A stretch of 64,000 nt of DNA from Eledone cirrhosa (GCA_964016885.1 OZ024763.1:21886001-21950000); one strand, 5' to 3'. Shown: positions 1 through 14,845, counted from the first letter of the stretch. Numbers and translations: made by a program. Notes: generated from the letters alone by a model not told the origin.

Positions 1-294
1 GTGTATAAGTGTATATATATCCAGGTATATCTGACTGTATGTATGTATATATATACCCAGGTATATCTGTCTGTGTGCATGTATATGTATATATATCCAG
101 GTATATCTATCTGTGTGTATGTGTATATGTATATATATATCCAGGTATATCTGTATGTGTGTATGTATGTATATAAGTGTATATATATATATATATATAT
201 ATATCCAGGTATATATATATATTTGTGTGTGAATGTGTATAAGTGGATATATCCAGGTATATCTGTCTGTATGTATGTGTGTATATATGTATAT

Positions 295-900
295 CAGGTC
301 ACCAGTTGGTGCTACTGGTAACATGTATCCCAGTACAACCTGTGAAAAGTCGCGTCATTTGGCGACTGAACTGGCAACCCCAACGAGGTTTCTTGGTGAG
401 GAGGGTGACTTTGGACATCCTACAGGACTGAAAACAAAACCATTCAAAGGGCAAAGGAGCTCTTAAGAGTCAATGGCCATCCAAAATCACCAGGAGAGAT
501 GACCCCTTAGCCTTTGTCAAGGCAGAATTCTAGGAGAAGGAAAACTCTGATATAACACCTGCAACCCTGATGGTATCCAATGATGTTGACTTGTTCTTCT
601 TTTTGGTAAATATCATCTTGGTTAAGAGAGTGGGACTGGCTTTGTGCAGTGCCTTTGCTCACTATAAAAGCTTCACGGCACAGGCATTGCTTTATATCTG
701 GAGATCTCTCTGCACTTGTCGTCACATGGAACCATGGGCCCAGCACTATGTGTCAATATTTGTCACAGGTGTAGTGTTTGTGCCAGAGTTTTCAAGTCGC
801 TGGCTGGACTAAAAAGTCACACTCGTACAGCGCATCGGTAGGGGTTCTCCTACATGAATATAAAGTAGTGGCCGTACTCGAAAACGAGTTGGCAGCCGCC
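295..900. repeat. Unclassified ~600-bp dispersed repeat (family A) embedded in TA microsatellites
   Basis: Highly similar copies at 41028-41614, 7105-7614 (truncated) and 35285-35491 (inverted, partial); diverged relative at 36296-36460. Confidence 0.85.
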
Positions 901-1032
901 ATATATGTATATATATATATATATCCAGGTATATCTGTCTGTGTGTGTGTATGTATGTATGTATATGCATGAATGCGTCTGTTTGTGTGTTTATATATGT
1001 ATGTGTGTGTGTATATATGCATATATATATAT

Positions 1033-1072
<40 letters not shown>

Positions 1073-1124
1073 TCATGTATATATATACATATATATATAT
1101 ATGTATGTATGTATGTATGTATAA

Positions 1125-1214
<90 letters not shown>

Positions 1215-1216
<2 letters not shown>

Positions 1217-1550
1217 AGGCACATGGCTTAGTGGTTAGAGCATTGGCCTTGCAATCGAAAGGTTGTGAGTTCAATTCTCAGACCGGGTGATGTGTTGTTT
1301 CCTTGAGCAAGACACTTTATTTCACATTGCTCCAGTTTACTCAACTGTAGAAATGAGATGATAGGGACTGGGGTCCATATCATTCCACTGCAAAGTGGTC
1401 GTGGAGGTGTCACGGCAAAAAAGCACCCAGCACTCACTGTAAATGAGGTTGGTGTTAGGAAGGGCATCCAGCTGTAGAAATCAAGCCAGAATCAGTTCCT
1501 GTCCCACCCTTGCAAGCAGGGAAAAGCGGACGTAAAATGCTGATGATGAT
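1215..1550 (+). mobile_element. tRNA-derived CORE-like SINE (family B)
   Basis: A box tggcttagtgg, B box agttcaattc, core ccttgagcaagacactt...ctgtagaaatg, (ATG)n tail. Near-identical copies at 19688-20015(-), 23090-23418(-), 24180-24393(-), 40315-40558(-), 44186-44517(+) and 56508-56850(-). Confidence 0.85.
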
Positions 1551-1563
1551 ATATATATGTGAG

Positions 1564-1623
<60 letters not shown>

Positions 1624-1739
1624 CATATATATATGTATATATATACATATATGTATATATATGTGTGTATGTGTGAACATGTGTGTGTGTATTTCATCTG
1701 AGATGAATAGCATTTCATTTCATTTTGTAGTTTTTTGTA

Positions 1740-1776
<37 letters not shown>

Positions 1777-2319
1777 GTAGTAATAATAATAAAATAACCT
1801 ATAAAAGGGAGTATCATGTCAAGTATTTCACTGATTAATGACAAATATAATGAAGAGAAACTTACTATGGTTGTGTTTTATGGAGCTCTTTAATCTCTGA
1901 AGGCATTTAGTAGTTATAGATAAAAACATTGCTTTTGATAACAGAAAGATCTGACTGAATCAACCACAAATCTAGGAATATATTGATTTATCTGCTAGGA
2001 GCAATATCTATAACATGTGGTTAGAATGTCTCGGGAAAGGATCTCTGGGCAGATTTTGTGGTGCAAGAGACCCAGAGTAGACCCCGAGCAATGTAGTTGG
2101 ATAACATGCAAGATGTTGGCTGGCCTCACTTGAGGATCCAACTCTGATATTATAGCATGTAGTTAGAATGTCTCAAGAAAGAATGACTGGAGAGTCACTC
2201 CAGGCAGAGCTGCTATTTGTCCAAATTGAGAGATCACAGCTCCAATACTATGTTATTTCACCGTCTCATCATCTGTGACGTTTACTGCCTTGAGATCAGC
2301 TCTCATCACTTCTGCTTTG

Positions 2320-2700
2320 GTCCTTGGTCATCTTGCTCATCCTTGTCCATCCTTAGTCATCCTTGGTCATCTTTAGTCACCCTTGGTCATCTTTGATCAT
2401 CCTTGTTCATCCTTGGTCATTCTTAGTCATCCTTGGTCATCCTTGATCATCCTCATCATCATTGATCATCCGTGGTCATCCTTGATCATCTTTGATCATC
2501 CTTGGTCATCTTTGGTCATTCTTAGTCATCCTTGATCATCCTTGGTCATCTTTGCTCATCCTTGGTCATCCTTGGTCATTCTTGATCATCCTTGGTCACC
2601 CTTGGTCATCCTTGGTCACCCTTGGTCATCCTTGATCACCCTTGGTCATCCTAGGTCATCCTTGGTCATCCTTGGTCACCCTTGGTCATCCTTGGACATC
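2320..2700. repeat. 10-bp minisatellite (ccttggtcat)n
   Basis: Direct inspection. Followed by a GGT/GAT trinucleotide tract to ~2985. Confidence 0.9.
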
Positions 2701-2900
2701 CCCCACTGCAGCTTCCTTCATTTTATTCAGTTTCTATGTCAGGTCAGGCTTTTTTTGCCTGATGATGGTGGTGGTGGTGGTGGTGGTGGTGGTGGTGATG
2801 ATACTGATGATGATTGTGGTGATGCTGGTGATGGTGATGGTATTGATGATGATGGTGGTAGTGGTGATGGTGGTGATGATGATGGTGGTGGTGATGGTGA

Positions 2901-2932
<32 letters not shown>

Positions 2933-3094
2933 ATGGTGATGATGATAATGATGGTGGTGATTATGATGATGATGATGATGATACCATGTAACTCTAATAC
3001 AACCTGCTCCGTGATCGAGTGGTCGGCAACTAGACTGGCTCTCCAGAGAGAGAGAAGGGGAGGGAGAGAGATAGATAGATAGAGAGAGATACAG

Positions 3095-3128
<34 letters not shown>

Positions 3129-3309
3129 GGGGGAGATAGAGAGAGAGGGAGATGTAAATTCTGGCCAATTTCCAGTTTTGTCTGTTTAGAGCATCTTAAA
3201 CTGTAATAAATGAAGTTTGATTTGTAGAAAGGAATTTATATATAGAAACTATAGTTAATGAAACCTAGTGAAAAGATTGGAGTTGAATTAAAATTTAAAA
3301 TAAACACCA

Positions 3310-3372
<63 letters not shown>

Positions 3373-3380
3373 CGTATGTA

Positions 3381-6223
3381 CCTCTCTCTACAGGTAGCAG
3401 TGGTTCTACCTTTGGTAGCACCCTGGGACATGGTGGAATGCGTCCTCGTGTCAGTAGTACTGCATCAGAATACACAGGACAAGCCCAGCTCACCTCTTCT
3501 GGTGGACTTAGTTTTACTGCTTGTTTGACAAATTTCTCATTGTATATATTCCATCCTTATGGAGAAGGACAAAGAAAACCCCAGAACGTTGGATCCCCAG
3601 GTTATCTGGGAGGATTCCAGAAGTCAGAACTCGGCTGTATTCAAGAACATGGTGGAAATCTTTTTTCGGAGTTTACTCGTAAAGATTCACTGAGTCTCAA
3701 TGTTGAATTCATTAAAGTACACATATCACGCAGTCGCAAACTAGATGGACGTCTTGGCGACACCATGTTTGGTGGCTCCTCTTCTACGATGAGCCAGCCT
3801 CAACAATCCACACCAACATCAGGTGGAATCCGTTCAGAAGGAATTAAATCTAATTGTGTAAGATTTTCAGCAATTTGTGATATAGGTTCTGCCTCTTTCA
3901 AATATGACATGCGTCCACTCTCTGAAATTCTCTCCTTCCCGAAAGCTTGGTACCGACGTAATTTGGCTCGCCGGATGTTCCTCGGTGATGAGAGTGTTGC
4001 ACAAGCAGCCTCTGATGAAGATGTCTTTAGCTCCTCCTGCAGTAGCTCTGTGACCAGTGAATCACCACAGTATGCCTCTGTTATGAAATCACTCACTTCT
4101 CCTGCCTTCCATATATGTAACGGTGCAGGACCATTGATTGATCAAGATTACTCCTGCCATGATAGCAGCATTGGTCAATTATCGACTGCGTCGTCAAAAT
4201 GTCGCCTAGCTGGACCGATGACCTCTGGCTCTAAAAACTACCATTACAAGAAGCACCATAGAAGGTCATCATCTGGGGACAAATGGAAAGTTCAAGTCAG
4301 TCAGGAACTAAAAGCTGAAATTGCAAAGTTTTCAGGCAAAGGTATCAGTGCCTCAGTTCCACCATCCCCGGATGCACCCAATCTTGACACAGTCAGTGCA
4401 CCACCACCGAAGGCGACTACCTCGAAGAACAAGTCTGGAATCGGCCAGTACTTCTCTCCAGAATTAGGACGACACCGTAACAACTCAGGTCATCAGACTG
4501 CCGGTGTGTCCACAGCTTGGGTGACACTAGTGCTGTTTGCTGTCAACTTGTCCACCCTCGATGTCAACGTTAACATGAGTAATGTCATGGGCAATACAAC
4601 TTGGGCCACCAAAGATATCAAGAGCCAGGGCCGACTCTCCATTGACAGTTTTGGTCATAAAAACATGAAAGTTACTGCAGGTTTGGGCAGTTCTATGCTC
4701 GTCTCGAAAGGAGGTGTTGTGGGTGGAACAATTGATCTTCAGGACCTTCACACATACTTTACTGTCCTTGAAGATCCAGAACAAGGAAACCCCCCCTGAC
4801 CATCAATCTGGTCTTTCTCTGTTTGCTGCTGAAGCTCGTCTTGACTACATGGGCTCCAGTGTACTGATGACAAGGATAAGCTCACTGAAGCTTCACTTCA
4901 GAGATGAGTGGCTCCTTGATGCTGACATGAAACCAGATATGCCGTTGGCTACTAAGCAACCGGCAATATTGTTTGGTCATGGAACACTGGACTGGGACAA
5001 ATTCCATATTATGATTTCACGGGCAACAACACCAGACCTGTTGAAAATGGCTGCCAAACTAGAAGAGTTCTTCACCACTTATCTCACCAATAGCAAGAGG
5101 GTCCTTTCTGCTTTTGGCCCCATTGGGGGATCAATGAAAAGCAAATCATCTACCAAACGCAAAAACTCTGAGGATTTGGGAGTAAGCTACAGTTCAGTTT
5201 GGCATCACCGACATTGGCAGAAGGTTTTAGCAGGATGTAGTTTTTCAATGTTACCATCACCTTTACCTATATTGGGAGGAACGGTTACCCTTAAAGGCAA
5301 TAATCTTTCTCTAGATTGTTTCCATGGCTTCAACTTTCGTTCAAAATCATGGGCCATCTTCACCATCAACGAACCTGACATTATATTTGCTACAGAAGTC
5401 TAGAAGAGTGCAGAAGGAGGAACCTGTGTTATACAAGATCTCACCTTCCATGTAGGACATGACACAATCCAACACATCAGTGAGAAGAATATGGCAACCA
5501 TTTGTAAGTTATCTCGTGGACATTATATGCCTCCTCCTTTCACCAGTGTTCGTGAATGGTTCCACTATGCCTTTGCATCTGCAGAAATTAAAGATCTTGA
5601 TACCTTTCCTGCCATTCAACATGACAAACCAGAGAGTCCAACTGAACATAAGAAGTCCCAGAAAACACCAGACTGCAGTCATGACAGAGAAATTATTTTT
5701 GCTTTCCCATCAATGCAAATGCATTTCAAAACAAAGCATTTTCAAGGTGAACATGAACCCTCCTTAGATGAAGAGAAACCCGTTGTTGAATGTAGCTTCA
5801 TCACAGAATTTGAGGACCACATCTCTGTTGCTATGGATGCTGAAGTGATCTGGTTCCTACATGACTTGGTCTCATCTTATATTAAAGAAAAAGATAAAAG
5901 TACAGCTCGTCTGGGTTTCAATGCTTCAACGAAAGCCAATAGTGGAATTAAGTCTCCAGAGATGGAGAGGAAGAAATGAATTGTTCCTACTGTGGCTCTC
6001 AAGCAAGACTGGCGCCAGTTTGAATGCAAGACTACAGTTCGGTTGGTGCATTGGAGTTGACTATATTTTACAGAAGCTCGGTTTCTCTCATGCTCGTGTT
6101 ACCATTCCCAAATGGATGTAGCGTGGCTTCATGGACCCCATGGACAAAATGTTGGCGGTCCTCGTCAACAAGCTGATGATTGTGCTCCGAGACAAACCAA
6201 ACACTGCCGACGAGGACACTTGA
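3381..6223 (+). pseudogene. BLTP1: Processed pseudogene of the KIAA1109/BLTP1 (tweek) C-terminal region
   Basis: Motifs DIGSASFKYDM, MSNVMGNTTW, SKGGVVGGTID, EARLDYMGSS, VDYILQKLGFSHARVTIPKW. About 2.8 kb without introns. Frameshift at the C-run near 4791, in-frame stops at 5401, 5977 and 6118, deletions near 6030-6050, native stop at 6221-6223. Confidence 0.88.
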
Positions 6224-6995
6224 GCCGACAAGATGGCGTCTCGTCTTGTTATAGACTTGACATGATATCTTAAATCTTCTCTAAATGATATGAATGGACG
6301 TTAAAATGGCTGTGCATCATTAATGTGTAATAATTTCCCTCTCTTCCCCACCGTCATCAGTACAGCCAGATCAACAGCCACCACCACCACCACCACCACC
6401 ACCACCAGTAATGATAACAATAATAATTTAATAGAGAGATATGTTGTGTATAATAATATAGTAATTTATAAAAGAACAACAAGAAAACAAAGAGGACAAA
6501 ATAAACCACAGTGACTAGGTGGTGGAATTGGTTGAGCATCCAACAGAATACATTGTGTAATAATATTGGGTTACAGTACAGCTCTTTATATTTTGTGTTG
6601 AATTCCTGCCCAAAGTTCACTTTCTCTTTTATCCTTCCGAGGTTGATGAAAATAAACACTGAGGTCAGTTTACTCTACGTAATCAACTGTGGTACCCCAG
6701 TATGACCACAGTTCAATAACTGAAACTGGAAACCAGTAAAAAGAATTAACAAAAAAAAAAAAAAAAGAAGAAAAAACATTCTATTTTTGTTGCTGGTGGT
6801 TTCTATGAAGTGCTGCAGGAATTAGAAGATGGGTGGAGGGGTGGTTGAAGGAAATCATGATATGAGGATTTGGGGTAGGTAAAGTGTTGTTATTTTTTAA
6901 AGTCTAGATTGGAATATACTAGAAATGGAAGAACTAAGAACGTTGCTGTCTTCAATGTTCATGACACAGACAGGCATGATATTTTGGGGTTAGAA

Positions 6996-7027
<32 letters not shown>

Positions 7028-7640
7028 ACCGATTGTGTTGTTATTTCTGTTTACCTTTTACATAAATACATGCGTATGTGCGTACGTACGTATGTATGTA
7101 TGTATGAGGAGGGTGACTTTGGACATCCTGCAAGACTAAAAACTAAACCTGTCAAAGGTCAAAGGGCAAAGGAGCTCTTAAGAGTCAATGGCCATCCAAA
7201 ATCACTGGGAGAGATGACCCCTTAGCCTTTGTCAAGGCAGAATTCTAGGAGAAGGAAAACTCTGATATAACACCTGCAACCCTGATGGTATCCAATGATG
7301 TTGACTTGTTCTTCTTTTTGGTAAATATCATCTTGGTTAAGAGAGTGGGACTGGCTTTGTGCAGTGCCTTTGCTCACTATAAAAGCTTCACGGCACAGGC
7401 ATTGCTTTATATGTGGAGATCTCACTGCACTTGTCGTCACATGGTACCATGGGCTCAGCACTATGTGTCAATAATTGTCACAAGTGTAGTGTTTGTACCA
7501 GAGTTTTCAAGTCACTGGCTGGACTAAAAAGTCACACTCGTTCAGCGCATCGGTAGGGGTTCTCCTACATGGATATAAAGTAGTGGCCGTACTCGAAAAC
7601 GAGTTGGCAGCCACTATGTGCGTATCTATGTATGTGTATG

Positions 7641-7671
<31 letters not shown>

Positions 7672-7693
7672 GTATATTTGTATATATATATGC

Positions 7694-7724
<31 letters not shown>

Positions 7725-7874
7725 TATATATACATACATATACATATATACATATACATATGTATATATATATGTATGTATGTATATATATATATATATA
7801 CATACATACATACATATATATATGTATGTATGTATAAATGTGTGTATATATATACATATATATATGGATGTGTG

Positions 7875-7905
<31 letters not shown>

Positions 7906-7922
7906 GTATGTATATATGTGTG

Positions 7923-7983
<61 letters not shown>

Positions 7984-9145
7984 ATATGTATAAAATCTAA
8001 TCAAAAGATTGAAGTTAAATTTAAATTTAGAATAAAACACTAGAAAAAAAAAAAATATATATATATAGATATAAATATATTTAAAATATATTTTACGGGG
8101 AATGAGAAAAAAATAAGAAAAATTATAGAAATATATATTAAAAATATATATAAATATATATAAATGTATATAAATATATATAAAATATATAGAAATACAT
8201 ATATAAATATATATAAATATATATAAATATATATGAAATGAATATAATATATATATAAATATATATAAAATATATATAAATGTATATATAATATATAAAA
8301 TCATCATCATCGTTTAACGTCCATCTCCTACGCTAGCATGGGTTAGATGGGTTATATATATATATAATATATATAAAATATACATAAAACAAATATAAAT
8401 ACATATATATAAGTATATATAAAATATATTTCAGGTGAAATGAAGAAATTATTTTCAATATAATCTTTTCTCTTTAATGTCTTTATTGATGTATTATGAG
8501 GTTTGTGTTTTTTTTTTGTTGTTTGAGGTGGTGGGGAGGGGGGGGGGTAAAGCTCTTAAAATATATTTTTTCATCATCACCATCATCGTCATTATTATCA
8601 TTGTTATCAACATCGCCATCAAAGTCATCATCATTACCATATCACCATAATTACATCATCATCATCATCATCATCACCATCATCAACACCACCACCACCA
8701 CCATCACCACCACCACCACCATCACCACCACCACCACCACCATCATCACCACCACCATCATCACCACCATCATCACCACCATCAACATCACCCTCATCAT
8801 CATCACCACCATCACCACCACCATCACCACCACCACCATCATCACCACCATCAACATCATCATCACCATCATCATCACCACCATGACTAACATCCCCACC
8901 ATCATCATCATCATTTTATTTATTATTATTATTATTAAATATTTGTTATCCTTCCTTTTAAAAATTTCAAACAAAAACTCTAACAATTTCCTACTTTGGC
9001 TCTAGGCCCATTAACAGCCACCATTGTCTTCCCCATCCTCTCAACCCTTCACCCCTTAACCCTTCTTCTTTTGGTCTAACCCCCCTCCGTCCTTCTCCAC
9101 CCCTCTACCTCCCTTCATCTCCCACTCCGTTTCCCTCAACTACCA

Positions 9146-9177
<32 letters not shown>

Positions 9178-9178
9178 C

Positions 9179-9259
<81 letters not shown>

Positions 9260-9376
9260 GTATATATATATGTATATATATATGTATATATGTATATATA
9301 TATGTATATATATATATATATGTATATATATAAGTATATATATATATATATGTATATATATATGTATATATATATT

Positions 9377-9429
<53 letters not shown>

Positions 9430-9457
9430 ATACTTTGGGAGGGTCATGTTGCCAATA

Positions 9458-9540
<83 letters not shown>

Positions 9541-9622
9541 ATCATCTTATTCCTCTCTATCTCTCAGACATAATAAATAAAACAGTGTTTATGTTGATTT
9601 GAAAATTGGGATTTTATTTGGA

Positions 9623-9669
<47 letters not shown>

Positions 9670-10001
9670 TGAAATTAAATAAATATAGAAATTGAATTAA
9701 ATAAAACATTGTTTTATGGTTTTTGTGAGGTTTTAATGGCTGACTTGCTTCAGTTGTTGAAAGGAAAATAACAAATAAATCCTGAGAAAAACAAAAGTTC
9801 CGACTTCAAACGTTGCCGTTGCCATGAGCAGAATCGGTAGAGCGTTGGATAAGATGTCTTTTAGTATATTTGTTCCGGCTCTTTACTTTCTGTGCTCAAA
9901 TTCTGCCAAGGTCAACTTTACCATTCATAGTCCAGAAGTCAACCTTACCCTTCCCTCTAAATTTTCTGGCTTTGTGCCTAAATCAGAAATCAGTATTTCA
10001 G

Positions 10002-10692
10002 TTAACCTTTTAGCATTTAAACCAACAATATCCGGCCAGAATTCTCTCACCTCTTTCTGTTCAAACTGGCTGTAACCGGCCACTCATACTGATGTTAAGG
10101 TATGGTTCAAAATATATATTAAAATCTCTTAGATTCGATATTATGTGAGGTAAAGCCTTTACCACAAAATTATAATAGTATATATAGAATAAGGGTGTGA
10201 AAAATATTCCATTGGCGGGCCACTTTTGAACATTGGAACAACTATTAGGGCCATTAATATTTATTAAGCACTATTCCAAAGATCTACCACAGCTTCTTTC
10301 CATAACATGGAACTGGTAAATTATAACACACATAACCCTATCAGAACAACTATTAGGGCCATTAATATTTATTTAGCACTATTCCAAAGATCTACCACAG
10401 CTTCTTTCCATAACATGGAACTGGTAAATTATAACACACATAACCCTATCAGAACAACTATTAGGGCCATTAATTTATACACACATAACCCTATCAGTGA
10501 AGCCCTTTAGTATAGGTCAACTAAAAGAAAATTGTTTTACGGTTATGAAAAAAATTCTAAATAAGCCTACAAGGTAAAAATTAAAAACAGTCATCACGGG
10601 CCACTCTTATTGGTCTGGTGGGCCAGATTGTGGCTCGCGGGCTGCCTGCTGCATGCCCCTGATATAGAGTAATGTAAATGCTAAAGAGTTAA
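10002..10692 (+). mobile_element. piggyBac-like MITE (single unit) interrupted by an hAT-like element
   Basis: TTAA ends. Insert at 10190-10661 ends ...gcatgcccctg and is flanked by atatagaa/atatagag, an 8-bp TSD-like pair. Confidence 0.7.
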
Positions 10693-11465
10693 TAGTCAGG
10701 TTGTGGATTGGCAGAATTGGTAGAGCATCAGATAGAATGTCATTGTGGTATATTTGTCCTGGCTATTTGCATTCTGAGTTCAAATCCTGCTGAGGTCAAC
10801 TTTGCCATTCATACTTCCAGGAGCCGATAAAATAACATACCAGTCATTTATTGGGGTTTGTGTTTTTTTATTTTATTTTTTATCTATTTTATTTGCATTC
10901 CAGTCAAGGGGTTGAGGCCATGCTGGGGCACCACCACTTAGTTCATATATATTTTTCATTTTTTTAAATTTAATTTATTTATTTATTTTATTTTCTTACA
11001 ATCTGAAGTGTTACTGTCTTTCATATATCTTCAAATATCCCACTTTTCCTGTTTTTCTCACGTCAAAGGTCATATTCACCCAATAGATAAAGTGGGTGAC
11101 ATGTTAAGAGGTCATGCTGATGACACGATGAAAGAGTACCCAGCCTACCCTGTAAAGTGGTCATTTTAGGGACTCTACAAAAAGCACCCAGACCACTCAT
11201 TGAGGTGGTCATGTTAATGATATGATAAAAAGCACACTGTTCACCCTATGGTGGTCATGCTAGTGATATGACAAAATGCACCCTGTCCACCCTTTAAAGT
11301 GGTCGTGTTGGTGACATGGCAAAAATCACCCAGTTCACGCTGTAAATGTGGTTGGCATTAGGAAGGGCGTTTATGTCAATACAACACCCCTACGACTCCC
11401 TCAGAAGTTATGGGACCATGCATGAAAGGGGTGGGTCAAGGCAAACTGCTCAGTGCGCCCATGCC

Positions 11466-13702
11466 TTAACCCTTTCGCATTTAAACTATCTGTATCCAGT
11501 CAGAATTTGGCTAGAATTCTCTCACCTCCTTCTGTTCAAACTGCTCATACTTATGTTGAGGCATTGTTCTCAAAATAAATAACACCAAAATCTCATAGAT
11601 TCAATATTATGTGAGATAAAGCCTTTACCGTGAAAATACAATAGTATATATATAGAGTAATGTAAATGTTATGTGAGATATTATGTGAGATAAAGACTTT
11701 ACCGTGAAAATACAATAGTATATATAGAGTAATGTAAATGTTATGTGAGATATTATGTGAGGTAAAGCCTTTACTGTGAAAATACAATAGTATATATAGA
11801 GTAATGTAAATGTTATGTGAGATATTATGTGAGGTAAAGCCTTTACTGTGAAAATACAATAGTATATATAGAGTAATGTAAATGTTATGTGAGGTAAAGA
11901 CTTTACAGTGAAAATACAATAGTATATATAGAGTAATGTAAATGCTAAGTGAGGTAAAGCCTTTACTATGAAAATACAATAGTATATATAGAGTAATGTA
12001 AATGTTATGTGAGATATTATGTGAGGTAAAGACTTTACCGTGAAAATACAATAGTATATATAGAGTAATGTAAATGTTATGTGAGGTAAAGACTTTACAG
12101 TGAAAATACAATAGTAAATATAGAGTAATGTAAATGCTATGTGAGATATTATGTGAGGTAAAGCCTTTACTGTGAAAATACAATAGTATATATAGAGTAA
12201 TGTAAATGTTATGTGAGGTAAAGACTTTACAGTGAAAATACAATAGTATATATAGAGTAATGTAAATGTTATGTGAGGTAAAGACTTTACAGTGAAAATA
12301 CAATAGTATATATAGAGTAATGTAAATGTTATGTGAGGTAAAGACTTTACAGTGAAAATACAATAGTATATATAGAGTAATGTAAATGTTATGTGAGATA
12401 TTATGTTAGGTAAAGCCTTTACTGTGAAAATACAATAGTATATATAGAGTAATGTAAATGTTATGTGAGGTAAAGACTTTACAGTGAAAATACAATAGTA
12501 TATATAGAGTAATGTAAATGCTAAGTGAGGTAAAGCCTTTACTATGAAAATACAATAGTATATATAGAGTAATGTAAATGTTATGTGAGATATTATGTGA
12601 GGTAAAGACTTTACCGTGAAAATACAATAGTATATATAGAGTAATGTAAATGTTATGTGAGATATTATGTGAGGTAAAGACTTTACCGTGAAAATACAAT
12701 AGTATATATAGAGTAATGTAAATGTTATGTGAGGTAAAGACTTTACAGTGAAAATACAATAGTAAATATAGAGTAATGTAAATGCTATGTGAGATATTAT
12801 GTGAGGTAAAGCCTTTACTGTGAAAATACAATAGTATATATAGAGTAATGTAAATGTTATGTGAGGTAAAGACTTTACAGTGAAAATACAATAGTATATA
12901 TAGAGTAATGTAAATGTTATGTGAGGTAAAGACTTTACAGTGAAAATACAATAGTAAATATAGAGTAATGTAAATGCTATGTGAGATATTATGTGAGGTA
13001 AAGCCTTTACTGTGAAAATACAATAGTATATATAGAGTAATGTAAATGTTATGTGAGGTAAAGCCTTTACAGTGAAAATACAATAGTATATATAGAGTAA
13101 TGTAAATGTTATGTGAGGTAAAGCCTTTACTGTGAAAATACAATAGTATATATAGAGTAATGTAAATGTTATGTGAGGTAAAGCCTTTACAGTGAAAATA
13201 CAATAGTATATATAGAGTAATGTAAATGTTATGTGAGGTAAAGACTTTACAGTGAAAATACAATAGTAAATATAGAGTAATGTAAATGCTATGTGAGATA
13301 TTATGTGAGGTAAAGCCTTTACAGTGAAAATACAATAGTATATATAGAGTAATGTAAATGTTATGTGAGGTAAAGACTTTACAGTGAAAATACAATAGTA
13401 AATATAGAGTAATGTAAATGCTATGTGAGATATTATGTGAGGTAAAGCCTTTACTGTGAAAATACAATAGTATATATAGAGTAATGTAAATGTTATGTGA
13501 GGTAAAGCCTTTACAGTGAAAATACAATAGTATATATAGAGTAATGTAAATGTTATGTGAGGTAAAGCCTTTACAGTGAAAATACAATAGTATATATAGA
13601 GTAATGTAAATGCTAAGTGAGGTAAAGCCTTTACTGTGAAAATACAATAGTATATATAGAGTAATGTAAATGCTAAAGACAGCAACTGATTAAAAGGGTT
13701 AA
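11466..13702 (+). mobile_element. piggyBac-like MITE containing a 2.1-kb 60/72-bp tandem array
   Basis: Ends TTAA|CCCTTTcGCATTTA and AAGGG|TTAA. About 32 units of ttatgtgaggtaaagcctttacNgtgaaaatacaatagtatatatagagtaatgtaaatg. Confidence 0.8.
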
Positions 13703-14845
13703 AATCAATTGCCTTTATTCACTTTCAATGTTTTGTTTTTGTTTTTTCAGACCCCCCACTCTCTCACCCCCTGCCTCCACTCCATGGAATTCTTATTCCT
13801 TAAGTGTTAGTCTACCAAATATCCATATTAAAATAGACATCACATAAGACACCCCTAATTAGAACCTGTCAGAGTTAATCTATGTTTAGTTTACATGTCA
13901 ATATCATTTGACTCCTTCTGTAATATATTCATGTGTATCCCTGTCTTAATAAGATTTCAACATCTACCATTCATGTACCTTCAATACAAGCTACAATCTT
14001 AACCCTTTCAATACAATATTTCTTATGAAAGACATTCTGCCAGTGGTTTTCCATTCGTTTTGAAAAGGGTCAAGAATTTGGAGAGATTTAGTAATACAAC
14101 TAACTTTCTTGTTATTTAGCTGGTGTTTGGAACACTTTAACTTTTTCTTGACCATATTTAGAGAAATTTAGTAATATAACTTTCTCATTACTGAGCTGGT
14201 GTTTGGGACATAGCTTATCAAAGGTTCTGATAGAAAATTATGATGGAGAGTTTTTAGATAAATATAAACAGTTTAACCTTTTTATTACCATATTTCTATT
14301 GAAAGACATTGCCTATGATTTTCCAACTATTTTGAAAATAGTCAAAAATTTGGAGGGATTTACTAATATAACCAACTTTCTCATTACTGAGCTGGTGTTT
14401 GGAATATAACTTAACAAAGGTTCTTACATGAAATTATGATGAAAGGTTTTTAAATAAATATAAACATGTTAAACTTTTCTTGGCCAAATTTGGACAGGTT
14501 TAGTTAAATTTCTCATTATTGAGCTGGTGTTTGGAACATAACTTAAAAAAGATTCTTATATAAAATTATAATTGTTTCTACTTTTGGCACAAGGCCAGCA
14601 ATTATCCCAGTGCATTACTGGTACTTTATTTTATCGACCCTGAAAGGCAAAGTTAACCTCGGCGGGATTTAAACTCAGACCATAACGGGCCATAACTCTA
14701 TGTTGCAAAGCATGGCATCCGACTCTCTACTGAAATCGAAAGTTTTTGGTTAAATATAAACGCTCTAACCTTATCATTACCATATTTCTAATGAAGGAGC
14801 AACAATTTCAAAGAAATCTGTATTATACCATTGAATATAAACACT

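Noticed and set aside
1215-1290. tRNA gene
   Set aside because: The tRNA-like head continues into a SINE body present in many copies; no complete acceptor stem.
3258-4799. Functional 513-aa gene
   Set aside because: The N-terminus is microsatellite, and homology continues through a frameshift and stops, so it is a pseudogene.
6750-6778. Poly(A) tail of the retrocopy
   Set aside because: It directly follows a SINE (6517-6745) and is more likely the SINE tail; no TSD could be identified.
11593-13685. Long ORFs of 256-686 aa
   Set aside because: Stop-free translations of a 60/72-bp satellite.
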